Origin: an uncultured Candidatus Saccharibacteria bacterium
GTDB taxonomy: Bacteria; Patescibacteriota; WWE3; 2-01-FULL-39-13
Direction of reading: 5' to 3'
DNA: 64,000 nucleotides
Assembly: GCA_965230915.1 (NCBI GenBank)
Contig: OZ246395.1
Span: forward strand, 472,935-536,934
Below are positions 39,122 through 48,048 of this stretch, in pieces. Below the pieces are notes generated by a model. The model worked only from the letters and a program-made list of their open reading frames with translations, was not told the origin of the DNA and did no database searches. Positions within the stretch are counted from its first letter, which is position 1; each line of letters begins with the position of its first letter. A program made the translations under genes and the position numbers.

Positions 39122-39227
39122 GATAGGTGTTTCCAGCGGGGTGTTAGCGAACGTAGTGAGCGTCCACCCCGAGTGTTTTTGTGGGTCTTTAACGAGTAAT
39201 AACTATATATCAGAATTGATAAATTTA

Positions 39228-39413
39228 CTAGCCACGAACGTTAATTCCGAATCCTCTTAGTATACTGGCGATTACTCCCCAGACTACTTTTAAGAGAAGA
39301 GTTATAAGGTAAACAATTACCCTAATTAGCTGAACTAAAGCAAATTCTGCTCTTTTTATCCATTTACCTTTTTGCTGTTCTAACTCGTATTCTTGATCTG
39401 ATGTATATGCCAT
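39228..39413 (-). CDS. Hypothetical small membrane protein (61 aa)
   Basis: One clear TM helix (VIVYLITLLLKVVWGVIASIL) after an acidic N-terminus; it lies between tRNA genes. Confidence 0.35.
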   Translation of the reverse strand: MAYTSDQEYELEQQKGKWIKRAEFALVQLIRVIVYLITLLLKVVWGVIASILRGFGINVRG

Positions 39414-39512
39414 TTCTTAATTATACTAAGTTTGGGATTTTTGCACTATACAAAAGATCGGTAAATTAGCTAAAATATCAGACATACAAGTGCCTTTGGG
39501 CGCTTTGCATCG

Positions 39513-39596
39513 GCCGCGGTGGTGGAATGGTAGACACGCACGACTTAAAATCGTGTACCGCGAGGTGTGAGAGTTCGACTCTCTCCCGCGGCACCA
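39513..39596 (+). tRNA. tRNA-Leu (anticodon TAA), long variable arm, encoded CCA
   Basis: GCCGCGGTGGTGGAATGGTAGACACGCACGACTTAAAATCGTG…GTTCGACTCTCTCCCGCGGCACCA. Confidence 0.8.
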
Positions 39597-39720
39597 AATT
39601 CTTCGCAAGAGGGATTAGCGAGCGACTAGAATTTGGGGTGCAGGCATAGCTCGGCCACCAGTTCATTTTTCTATAATCTCCCCTGCTTCGTCATATTGCT
39701 ATATAATTACTCAGTATTTT

Positions 39721-39797
39721 GCATCCGTAGCTCAATTGGATAGAGCGTTTGTCTTCGGAACAAAAGGTTGCAGGTTCGATTCCTGCCGGGTGCACCA
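39721..39797 (+). tRNA. tRNA-Arg (anticodon TCG), encoded CCA
   Basis: GCATCCGTAGCTCAATTGGATAGAGCGTTTGTCTTCGGAACAAAAGGTTGCAGGTTCGATTCCTGCCGGGTGCACCA; TATAAT-like boxes 20-50 nt upstream. Confidence 0.8.
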
Positions 39798-39819
39798 TGC
39801 CAATTATTTGGAGTTGAAT

Positions 39820-40464
39820 ATGAACGAACTAGATCTGATCAAAGAATCCTTACAAAACGAATTAGAAAACCCACAAAATTACGAAAATTTAATCCACCAA
39901 AGCGCATCGAATATCGCCAATTTGCTTATAATGAAGCCAATCTTTGATAGCTTAAGTACTAGAATTGCGGATCTTAAGAAACGCAACCTTCTTAAGAGAA
40001 ACTATAAAAAAATTCTAAAAAGCAGTCTAATAGAGCTTATAAAAATGCTCGACCATCCAAACTTAAATGAAGATAATGCATTGTTAATTGAGAAATTGAT
40101 AATGGTTTCTTTATCGAAAGAGTCAAAACCAAGTGAGGAACTACTATCATACGAATATTTTAAAATTGCCAAAAACCTGACAGGGAGTGAAATCATAGTT
40201 TTGAACGCCGCAAAGGAACGCTTATACGAGGGTAAATTACGAGACAAAATCGATATAGACGACGTTTATCGCGAGATAGCCGAAATCAGTGACCTAAAAT
40301 TTGTTGTTTTAGTTGCGGATATTGTTCAAAAACTCGCAGAAAAGAAGTTATTTAAAGACAGAAACTCAGCATATTTATATAATACTGACGAAAATTATCT
40401 TTTTACAGATTTAGGGCTATCTTTTATGGAATATTTGGATGCTTACGACACTCTATTTAAGTAG
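39820..40464 (+). CDS. Hypothetical protein (orphan; predicted alpha-helical, Lys/Glu-rich)
   Basis: In-frame ATG with SD GGAG 7 nt upstream. The longer ORF from 39736 would overlap tRNA-Arg and is rejected. No recognisable motif. Confidence 0.5.
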   Translation: MNELDLIKESLQNELENPQNYENLIHQSASNIANLLIMKPIFDSLSTRIADLKKRNLLKRNYKKILKSSLIELIKMLDHPNLNEDNALLIEKLIMVSLSKESKPSEELLSYEYFKIAKNLTGSEIIVLNAAKERLYEGKLRDKIDIDDVYREIAEISDLKFVVLVADIVQKLAEKKLFKDRNSAYLYNTDENYLFTDLGLSFMEYLDAYDTLFK

Positions 40465-40516
40465 TTTAATTTACTATATAATTTAACGGTTCAAAATTGC
40501 CATTTAATGCCCCTTC

Positions 40517-40592
40517 GGGCGCGTAGCTCAATTGGCAGAGCAACTGGCTCTTAACCAGTAGGTTACAGGTTCGATTCCTGTCGCGCTCACCA
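40517..40592 (+). tRNA. tRNA-Lys (anticodon CTT), encoded CCA
   Basis: GGGCGCGTAGCTCAATTGGCAGAGCAACTGGCTCTTAACCAGTAGGTTACAGGTTCGATTCCTGTCGCGCTCACCA. Confidence 0.8.
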
Positions 40593-40627
40593 TTTACTAT
40601 ATTTGTCGAAACTTATTTAATAAAATT

Positions 40628-41092
40628 ATGAAAAATTACTTATATTTATCTATAATAATAGTAATATTGCTGAGTATATATGGGTTCTATTATGGATGGT
40701 ATTTTGCTATTGACTTAATACCAGAAATTCTTAAATTCCTGGTACCCGCAGTAATTTCAATTTTCCTTCTAGATAAAATTAAATTTCAAAGAGAAAGGAG
40801 AGAAAATTTAATACACGATATTCTCTTCGATATGAATGAAGCTACTGACGGCGGAAATCCTTCCCCTTTAACTAAAAGGTTCAATAGTATAGCGATAATA
40901 CATAATGATGATAAGGAAATTATGACTAGATTAAGAGAACTAAAATATAAATTTGCAAATAATGTCGGACATCAATCCGAAAGACAATCTGATTTAATAG
41001 GCTTGGTGCAATTAATTGCAAAAAAATCTGATATATACCTATGTAGAGAGGATATTGAGGTTCAACTAAAACCCGCAAAACGGAATGACTGA
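40628..41092 (+). CDS. Hypothetical membrane protein (2 N-terminal TM helices + cytoplasmic domain)
   Basis: Hydrophobic N-terminus (LSIIIVILLSIYGFYYGWYFAIDLIPEILKFLVPAVISIFLL), then a charged soluble domain. Its stop overlaps the next gene's start (ATGACTGA). Confidence 0.5.
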   Translation: MKNYLYLSIIIVILLSIYGFYYGWYFAIDLIPEILKFLVPAVISIFLLDKIKFQRERRENLIHDILFDMNEATDGGNPSPLTKRFNSIAIIHNDDKEIMTRLRELKYKFANNVGHQSERQSDLIGLVQLIAKKSDIYLCREDIEVQLKPAKRND

Positions 41093-41714
41093 AATACAGC
41101 AATCAAATATATTGATCGAAAAACATTTTGATAGGATAAGAGATTGGGCTATTGGTGATATTAAAAGATGCTGTAATTTTAACCCTGATGGCACTTGCAG
41201 TGATAATGGAGCGTTAGTTGGAGCTTTCATATTATGGTGCTGTGCGATTGATTATTATGGAGGACTACTGACTTCAAACTCAGATGCAGGTGGAGGTACA
41301 AAACATCGAATGGCCGCTTTTATCGGGAAGTATATGCCTATTTATGACGCCGATCTGATTATAGATTTGAGATGGTCTCTCCTGCACTATTACTCTCCAA
41401 ACCATTTTCTTCTGATGCATGAAAATGAAATTGAGCAGGCGCGTAAATTTCATCTTTTACAAACAGAAAGAGGAATTATTCTTCATCTAGGTTGTTCAAT
41501 TCGAGATTTAGAAACTGCTATTAATCAATATGAAGCTGATCTTAAGAGTGATAATAAATTGAAACTAAATTTATATCACTACTATCAAAGCAAGCCAATT
41601 ATTATGCCGGTGAAACAAGTTAGAGTGGGATATTTATCATCTTCAGCAAGTGGAACTGCAATACCTCCCTTATCGGCTTCAGGCACGGTCGGAGAGTTTG
41701 ACTGGTATAAGTAA
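41085..41714 (+). CDS. Hypothetical protein (orphan), translationally coupled to the preceding membrane protein
   Basis: 209-aa ORF with an 8-nt overlap; Cys/Trp/His-rich conserved-looking blocks (AFILWCCAIDYYGG, RWSLLHYYSPNHFLLMHENE); no family recognised. Confidence 0.5.
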   Translation: MTEIQQSNILIEKHFDRIRDWAIGDIKRCCNFNPDGTCSDNGALVGAFILWCCAIDYYGGLLTSNSDAGGGTKHRMAAFIGKYMPIYDADLIIDLRWSLLHYYSPNHFLLMHENEIEQARKFHLLQTERGIILHLGCSIRDLETAINQYEADLKSDNKLKLNLYHYYQSKPIIMPVKQVRVGYLSSSASGTAIPPLSASGTVGEFDWYK

Positions 41715-41921
41715 CTTCACAAATATCTATTAAGTCCTTTTCATACAAACATCCAAATCAACGAAAGTTAGTATTAGTGGAGAACCTTCACTTAGTTTTA
41801 CTTCGGGGTCAAAAAAGTTATCCCACCATAGAATTTCCCTAAAAGCCTATATCATGGTATATTTCTGATATCAAAAACAGAAAAAGTCTTTAAACCTTTT
41901 TGTAGATTTTTTCTGTTTTTG

Positions 41922-42021
41922 CCACCCTAAATGGACGCCGCGTCCATTACAGGATCTCTTCTTCATACTACCGAGGGGTGGTTTTAAGTTCTAGTTTAAA
42001 CTAGATACTATAAAACCACCC
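41922..42021 (+). promoter_or_regulatory. Structured leader upstream of trmD with mutually exclusive pairings (CCACCC / GGGTGG-T-run / CCACCC); candidate attenuator
   Basis: CCACCC (41922-27) can pair with GGGTGG (about 41976-81); that hairpin is followed by UUUU, which is terminator-like. The same GGGTGGTTTTA is the 5' arm of a perfect 11-bp inverted repeat with TAAAACCACCC (42011-21). An inner GGACGCCGCGTCC palindrome lies in the first loop. Confidence 0.35.
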
Positions 42022-42064
42022 TGAGGTAAGATTTCTTTAATCTTTTTAAGATATAATTACATCA

Positions 42065-42724
42065 ATGAAAATCGACATAATCACTATATTCCCTGAAATG
42101 TTTGGCGAGGTTTTTAAGGGCGGCATTCTTGGTCAAGCTTTAAAATCAGGCTTAGTTGAAATAAATATACGCAATTTAAGAGACTATACAAACTATAGAC
42201 ACAATCAAGTTGACGACCGCCCTTTTGGTGGTGGTGCAGGAATGGTTTTAATGCCAGAACCATTATTTCAAGCAATCGAAAGCCTAAAAACTGATTCTTC
42301 TATAGTTATCTTTTTAACACCATCAGGCCGAAAGTTTAGTCAACAAATTTCCGAAGAACTATCTAAAAACCAACATTTGATTTTAATATGTGGAAGATAC
42401 GAAGGAATTGACCAACGTGTAATTGATGAATTAGTAGACGAAGAAATTTCAATCGGTGACTATGTCTTAAGCGGCGGTGAAATTCCAGCAATGGTTTTAG
42501 TTGACTCGATCACCAGACTTGTACCAGGTGTTATAAAAAATGAAGAATTTAACAATAGCGAGTCTTTTTCTAATCCAAATGATCGAACCCAATTAGATTA
42601 TCCTCAATATACTCGCCCCGAAGATTTTCGTGGTTTGAAAGTGCCAGAAATATTACTTTCAGGAAATCATAAAGAAGTTGAAAAATGGCGTGAATCAACA
42701 AGGCGCAAGTTGGCAAATCAATAG
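42065..42724 (+). CDS. trmD: tRNA (guanine37-N1)-methyltransferase
   Basis: MKIDIITIFPEMF…, the SPOUT knot region GRYEGIDQRVID, and the YVLSGGE motif. Confidence 0.9.
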   Translation: MKIDIITIFPEMFGEVFKGGILGQALKSGLVEINIRNLRDYTNYRHNQVDDRPFGGGAGMVLMPEPLFQAIESLKTDSSIVIFLTPSGRKFSQQISEELSKNQHLILICGRYEGIDQRVIDELVDEEISIGDYVLSGGEIPAMVLVDSITRLVPGVIKNEEFNNSESFSNPNDRTQLDYPQYTRPEDFRGLKVPEILLSGNHKEVEKWRESTRRKLANQ

Positions 42725-42782
42725 CTCCATAGTATAGTACCCCAAGATTACTAGAATCCTGATACAGAAAGGTATTAAAAAG

Positions 42783-43019
42783 ATGCATCAAATCGTTCTG
42801 TTTTTGCCTGGTGCAAGTCTAAACAGTTGGATTCATATAACTGTGTGTCTTATTGCACTAGGAGTTTTGCTGTTTTGTGAGATCATCATCCCATCTTTTA
42901 CTTTAGCCTATATGCTGGCGGATGATAAAAGATATAACTGGATTTCGGGTATATCTGGCACTGTTTTTGCGTATTTTTTATGCTTATACGTCATAAGGGT
43001 TTATTATGGCTTACCCTAG
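42783..43019 (+). CDS. Hypothetical small membrane protein (78 aa, 2 TM)
   Basis: Two hydrophobic helices; it is followed by a strong terminator. Confidence 0.4.
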   Translation: MHQIVLFLPGASLNSWIHITVCLIALGVLLFCEIIIPSFTLAYMLADDKRYNWISGISGTVFAYFLCLYVIRVYYGLP

Positions 43020-43044
43020 TACCCTTATGAATTTGGTCACACTT

Positions 43045-43086
43045 CCGTAAACGGAAATTCATACATCCGTTTACGGTTTTTTTTTA
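43045..43086 (+). terminator. Rho-independent terminator
   Basis: CCGTAAACGG…CCGTTTACGG hairpin followed by a T9 run. Confidence 0.7.
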
Positions 43087-43146
43087 TAAAAATCCGCACC
43101 CGAATAACTCCCAACATAAGAACTTTCGTGTTATTATTCAGTAATC

Positions 43147-46100
43147 ATGCCCGAGTATGGCGATAAATTCCAAAAAATATATACCGGATTAAATACAGAA
43201 CAGCGCAAAGCTGTTGATGTAATCGATGGTCCTGTTTTAGTTTTAGCTGGGCCAGGTACCGGCAAGACACAAGTTTTAACTGCAAGAATCGCAAATATTT
43301 TATTAAAAACTGATACTCCACCCGATGCAATTTTGGCTTTAACTTTTACAGAATCAGGAGTTCGCGCCATGCGTGAACGTCTTCTTTCGATTATCGGGCC
43401 AACTGCATACTATGTGAGTATTCACACATTTCATTCATTTGCCAGCGAAATAATAAGGGCAAATCCAGATGAATTTATAATCTCAGCTCAACTCGAATCA
43501 TTATCAGATTTAGAACGTGTCAGAATTTTTAAAGAAATATTTGATGAACTAGATTTACAAAATATCAAACCCTTTAATGCTCCATACTTTTACTTGCAAA
43601 CTGCAATTTCAAAAATAAAAGACCTAAAACGCGAAGCGGTTGATCCGCTGGAATATTTAAAGCACATAGAAGAATCAAAAGATAAATTAGAGGAAAAAGA
43701 TTATTTAAAAAACCAAGAACTGCAACAGGTTTATACGTTATACCAAGAAAAGCTAAAGTTATATGGCAGATACGACTTCGAAGACATGATTAATTTCGTA
43801 ATCGATCGTTTTAAAACTTCCCCTAACCTTTTGCAAAAGTATCAGGAACGCTTTTTATATTTCTTGGTTGATGAATTTCAAGATACCAACTCGGCACAGG
43901 CAGAACTTTTATATTTGTTAAGTTCATATTGGGATCCTGCACCTAATTTGTTTGTAGTTGGTGATGATGACCAATCCATTTATAGATTTCAAGGTGCTTC
44001 GATTGAAAATATAATTAAATTTAATGAGAAATATCCCGATTCGGCAAAAATTGCATTGGTAGAAAACTACAGAAGTATTCAACCAATTTTAGATGCAGCT
44101 CAAAAAGTTATCGGTAAAAATTCGCAAAGAATCAGTAATAAGCTAGCAATTAGCAAAGATCAGAAAGCTAACCAAAGCCATGATTCTGAAATTTCAATCA
44201 GTTTTTCGGAATTTTCGTCTTCGTATACTGAAAATCACTTTATTGCATCAACTATTAAAGAATTAATAGACAATGGAATTGATGGCAGTGAAATTGCCGT
44301 AATTTATAGAAATAATTCTGACTCTATTGATATTGCTGATATGTTATCGAGACTTGGTGTTGAATACACATTAGAAGGCGGAGAAAACGTTTTACAGAAT
44401 GGAATAATCGTTCGTTTAATGCATCTATTACGTGTAACACAAAAAGTCCGAATTATGGATGAAGATTTGGATATTTTCACTTTACTGAATTACGAATTTA
44501 CAAAAGTAAAGCCACTAGATGTTTTAAAACTTTCCAGATTTGCATCAAGCCATAAAATCAATTTTTTTGAAGCATTATCACATTCTGATATCAAAGCTGC
44601 TGGGCTAGAAAATTTAGAGTCAATCACCAGCTTTTACGAAAAAATAGTTTCCTGGAATGAACATTGTTCAACTTGCACAATCACAGAATTAATTGAACAA
44701 ATAATGGAAGAATCAGGCTATCTAAACTGGATACTGGGACAACCGGCCAACTACGAATATCTGAATAAATTAAACTCTTTCTTATCTGAAGTTAAACGCT
44801 TAAATTACACAAACCGTGAACTAAAGTTAGAGGAATTTTTAAATTATATTGATTTGATGATCGAAAATAATATTTCGATTTCGGAAGAAACAATTTATAT
44901 AGAAAAGAATGCCGTTAGATTAATGACCGCGCATAAGTCAAAAGGTCTTGAATTTAAATATGTGTTTATTCCGAAATTTATTGATAAAAAGTGGAGTAAC
45001 ACGGTAACACGCGATTTAATTAAATTACCAACGACTATTTTGTCTACAATTGGCGAGTTCACTAAAATAGAAGAAAAAGTTCACCAAGAAGAAGATGATC
45101 GACGTCTGTTTTTTGTCGTTTTAACGCGTGCAAAAGATCATATTTATATGACATCGGCAAAAAACTATCAGACGAATACATATTCAAAAGAAGGAATTCC
45201 GAGTATGTTCTATCACGAATTGCCTGAAGATAATATTGAAGTTCTAGACTCTACAAAATATGAGCAAAATACAGCTGAAATTCTAAGAGAACTTGTAAAA
45301 CCTGCGCCTGATAATACAAGAATCGAAACCGACGAAGAAGCATTTTTAAAAAATTCATTAAAAGATTTTAAGCTTAGCGCGTCGTCATTAAATAGCTATT
45401 TAGACTGCGCATACAAATTTAAATTAGAGTTTTTATTCAAGACTCCGGCACCTAAGGTTCGTGCTCTTATATTAGGAATTGCAGTCCACAAGGCACTTGA
45501 AATGGCGCACAAAGAATCAATGGCAAAAAGAGTTCCATCTTATGAATATATTGTAAAAGAATTTAAGACAGAACTTAAAAAAGAATTATTGTCTGAAAAA
45601 GAATACATGGAAATCGAATCCGAAGGTGTATCGATAATGAAAATTTATTATGAGACTTATCTAAAGGAATTTGAAAACCCGACGCATAACATTTTATTTT
45701 TAGAAAAATTCTTTGGTTGGGGATGGAGCAAGCCATTACTTGATGGAAGCATTCACTTACAAGGTAAAGTTGATAAGATTTTGACACTCGACCCTGCTGC
45801 TAAAACTATTCGTGTCGTCGATTATAAAACCGGAAAACCACATACAAGGAATGAAATATTGGGCAATACTAAATATGCCGACCCTAGCCAATATCGACAA
45901 TTACTTTTCTATAAACTTTTATTAGAACTGGATAAATCATTTGGTTATAAAGTTCAGGAAGTTGAACTCGACTACATTGGAAACCGCGGAGGAAAACCGA
46001 AACGTGAACTTTTTACAATTAACGAGAATGATTTAGAAACCTTAAAAGAAACAATCAGAAATGTATATAAAAATATTCATGAATTAAAATTCATGCGCAC

Positions 46101-46221
46101 TAAAAATTACAGTATTTGTGAGAATTGTAAATTCAGATATCACTGCTGGCCGGATGGAATCCCTCAGACAACAACCCAAGAAGCTGAAAGTTCTACTGAG
46201 CAGCTTGTCCTTTCAATTTAA
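43147..46221 (+). CDS. UvrD/PcrA-family SF1A helicase fused to a C-terminal PD-(D/E)XK (RecB/Cas4-like) nuclease domain with a 4-Cys cluster
   Basis: Helicase motifs GPVLVLAGPGTGKTQVL (I), FTESGVRAMRERL (Ia), LVDEFQDTN (II), FVVGDDDQSIYRFQGA (III). C-terminal region has …VVDYKTGK… (the nuclease motif-III-like Lys) and CENCKFRYHCW plus an upstream Cys (AddB/Cas4-like Fe-S ligands). Confidence 0.8.
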   Translation: MPEYGDKFQKIYTGLNTEQRKAVDVIDGPVLVLAGPGTGKTQVLTARIANILLKTDTPPDAILALTFTESGVRAMRERLLSIIGPTAYYVSIHTFHSFASEIIRANPDEFIISAQLESLSDLERVRIFKEIFDELDLQNIKPFNAPYFYLQTAISKIKDLKREAVDPLEYLKHIEESKDKLEEKDYLKNQELQQVYTLYQEKLKLYGRYDFEDMINFVIDRFKTSPNLLQKYQERFLYFLVDEFQDTNSAQAELLYLLSSYWDPAPNLFVVGDDDQSIYRFQGASIENIIKFNEKYPDSAKIALVENYRSIQPILDAAQKVIGKNSQRISNKLAISKDQKANQSHDSEISISFSEFSSSYTENHFIASTIKELIDNGIDGSEIAVIYRNNSDSIDIADMLSRLGVEYTLEGGENVLQNGIIVRLMHLLRVTQKVRIMDEDLDIFTLLNYEFTKVKPLDVLKLSRFASSHKINFFEALSHSDIKAAGLENLESITSFYEKIVSWNEHCSTCTITELIEQIMEESGYLNWILGQPANYEYLNKLNSFLSEVKRLNYTNRELKLEEFLNYIDLMIENNISISEETIYIEKNAVRLMTAHKSKGLEFKYVFIPKFIDKKWSNTVTRDLIKLPTTILSTIGEFTKIEEKVHQEEDDRRLFFVVLTRAKDHIYMTSAKNYQTNTYSKEGIPSMFYHELPEDNIEVLDSTKYEQNTAEILRELVKPAPDNTRIETDEEAFLKNSLKDFKLSASSLNSYLDCAYKFKLEFLFKTPAPKVRALILGIAVHKALEMAHKESMAKRVPSYEYIVKEFKTELKKELLSEKEYMEIESEGVSIMKIYYETYLKEFENPTHNILFLEKFFGWGWSKPLLDGSIHLQGKVDKILTLDPAAKTIRVVDYKTGKPHTRNEILGNTKYADPSQYRQLLFYKLLLELDKSFGYKVQEVELDYIGNRGGKPKRELFTINENDLETLKETIRNVYKNIHELKFMRTKNYSICENCKFRYHCWPDGIPQTTTQEAESSTEQLVLSI

Positions 46222-47164
46222 ATTTTCGTATTTTCCAAAATAATGAATAAGAAAAATTGAATAAGTGATAAACAAACGGATTTATAACAAAATCATATGA
46301 ATCGATATGTTCGACTAGTTCACCGCCATAGCCTAATTTGAATTTAGTAAAACCCCAATATTCATTATTTTTGTCGTTGGTTGCTCCCCACATATCGAAT
46401 ATTTTACAACCTAGTTTCTTACCTAGTTTTATTGCTTCATATGCCATTAAATTAGAAGCCATCAGATCTTTATATTCGGTCGATGAACCTCCATATGTAT
46501 AATAAATAGTATTTTCATTATTAAATAGCATCCAAGCAGCAAGAGGTTCGCCATTGTATTCAGCGACTAAAATATTTGCTTTATCGTGTTCGTTTAAAGT
46601 TTCAAATGCTTCAGTGAAATATTTATCTGAATGTGTCAAAAATCCTTGCCTTTTTGCTGTTTCATTGTGTAAATCTAAAAATGTTTTTAACCCTTTTGAA
46701 TTATTCTCAATTGAAACAACGACACCCCTACGTGCCGCTAACCTGGAATTGTAACGCGTCTTTTGCTCAAATCCTGCAATAATTTCTTCTTCGGGTCTGT
46801 CTAAATCTACTAAAATATTCCATTTTGTAAATGTATCTCTTGGTGACCGGCGACAATTAGATTTTAATTTGTCTTCAATTCTTTTGCTATTTTCGTCTTT
46901 TAGAACATTCGGAATATCAAAACGAACAACAATACACCGTTCTTCACGGGCTGCGGCTCTTAATGCATTCCAGCTAAATTTCTGTAACTCAAAATTAACC
47001 TTTGGAGCATATCCAACAAAGTATGGGGTAAATGGAATTGCATGTTTTGTAAACTGAATATCACCAACTTTTACAGAAGGTGTGCCCATTTTTGTTTTAA
47101 ATTCTCCCCATTCAGGAGTTTGCACAATATGTACGTCAAGTTGGTTTTTCATGTTGTTAAACAA
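46193..47164 (-). CDS. FemAB-family peptidoglycan aminoacyl-transferase-like protein
   Basis: Size and N-terminal pattern (VQTPEWGEFK…), plus a central coiled region, resemble FemX/MurM-type GNAT-fold tRNA-dependent transferases; the assignment is not certain. Confidence 0.45.
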   Translation of the reverse strand: MFNNMKNQLDVHIVQTPEWGEFKTKMGTPSVKVGDIQFTKHAIPFTPYFVGYAPKVNFELQKFSWNALRAAAREERCIVVRFDIPNVLKDENSKRIEDKLKSNCRRSPRDTFTKWNILVDLDRPEEEIIAGFEQKTRYNSRLAARRGVVVSIENNSKGLKTFLDLHNETAKRQGFLTHSDKYFTEAFETLNEHDKANILVAEYNGEPLAAWMLFNNENTIYYTYGGSSTEYKDLMASNLMAYEAIKLGKKLGCKIFDMWGATNDKNNEYWGFTKFKLGYGGELVEHIDSYDFVINPFVYHLFNFSYSLFWKIRKFKLKGQAAQ

Positions 47165-47172
47165 TTTTACAC

Positions 47173-47961
47173 CTAATTGGAATGCGTTTTTGAATATATC
47201 TCAAGCCACTTTAGTAAGTCAATGTTTTGTGGTCTTAAAGTTGATTCAACCTTTACACTTTCTAAAAATTCTTTGTCGTAAACTTTGTTAATCATTTTTC
47301 TCGGATTTTTGTAAACATGATGTAAAAACTTTGACCAGTTTTTAAATCCAATTTTTTCAATTTGTTTCGCAGCTTTATCTTCGCGTGTCATTTTTATAAC
47401 AATACTTTTAACCATCGGCTCAGGATAAAAATCTTTTTCTGAAACAAATCGTACATGCTCAACCTTATAGCCCAAAGTAATAAATGACCAATAATTTGCA
47501 GATGGAATATCAGATAACAATTTTTCTCCTACTTCTTTTTGCATCATCAAAACTATCTTTTTCGGACGCTGGTTTATTGGAAGTTCAAGTAATTTATGAA
47601 TAATGGGAGATGTTATGTAATATGGGATCGATCCGACCACTTTAAAATCACCGTTGTAATGGCTTAAATCGGCATCTAAAAAATTCTCATTAATTACATT
47701 AATATTATTTTCTTTGAATTCTCTATTTAAAATAGGAACAAGTGACTTGTCGAGTTCGTAAACATCTAGAGATGCACATGGATATCGAACTAAGAAAGCT
47801 GTTACGGCACCTTGTCCTCCTCCAATTTCTAATACATGGTCTGATTCAGAAATTTCAAGATGACGCGCCATATCAGCTGCAACAGAAATATTTGTTAAGA
47901 AATTTTGTCCGAGAGATTTTTTAGGAACTACGTTTTTTTTATTGACTCTAAATTTTTCCAC
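47173..47961 (-). CDS. rsmA: 16S rRNA (adenine1518/1519-N6)-dimethyltransferase
   Basis: LGQNFLTN (N-terminal hallmark) and the SAM motif LEIGGGQGAVT. Confidence 0.9.
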   Translation of the reverse strand: MEKFRVNKKNVVPKKSLGQNFLTNISVAADMARHLEISESDHVLEIGGGQGAVTAFLVRYPCASLDVYELDKSLVPILNREFKENNINVINENFLDADLSHYNGDFKVVGSIPYYITSPIIHKLLELPINQRPKKIVLMMQKEVGEKLLSDIPSANYWSFITLGYKVEHVRFVSEKDFYPEPMVKSIVIKMTREDKAAKQIEKIGFKNWSKFLHHVYKNPRKMINKVYDKEFLESVKVESTLRPQNIDLLKWLEIYSKTHSN

Positions 47962-47974
47962 TAATGTAAATTAC

Positions 47975-48041
47975 CATAAATAAACAAAACCACTATGCTA
48001 AATGATACGATCTTTTCAGATCAATACCACTAGCATAGTGG
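47975..48041 (-). terminator. Rho-independent terminator downstream of the GC-rich 48049..48807 gene
   Basis: Perfect 11-bp inverted repeat CCACTATGCTA…TAGCATAGTGG, followed on the minus strand by TTTTGTTTATTTAT. Confidence 0.55.
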
Positions 48042-48048
48042 AAACGCA

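Noticed and set aside
39122-39180. Hairpin CGGGGTG…CACCCCG + TTTTT on the plus strand after tRNA-Pro
   Set aside because: It is terminator-like, but no plus-strand gene lies upstream of it; it may terminate antisense transcription or be coincidental, so it was not annotated.
39015-39260. 81-aa plus-strand ORF
   Set aside because: It overlaps tRNA-Pro (antisense), so it is spurious.
39426-39666. Two overlapping minus-strand ORFs (60 and 62 aa)
   Set aside because: They overlap tRNA-Leu(TAA) on the opposite strand and are translated tRNA sequence.
39736-39819. 5' extension of the 39736..40464 ORF
   Set aside because: It would overlap tRNA-Arg; the in-frame ATG at 39820 with a GGAG SD is the plausible start.
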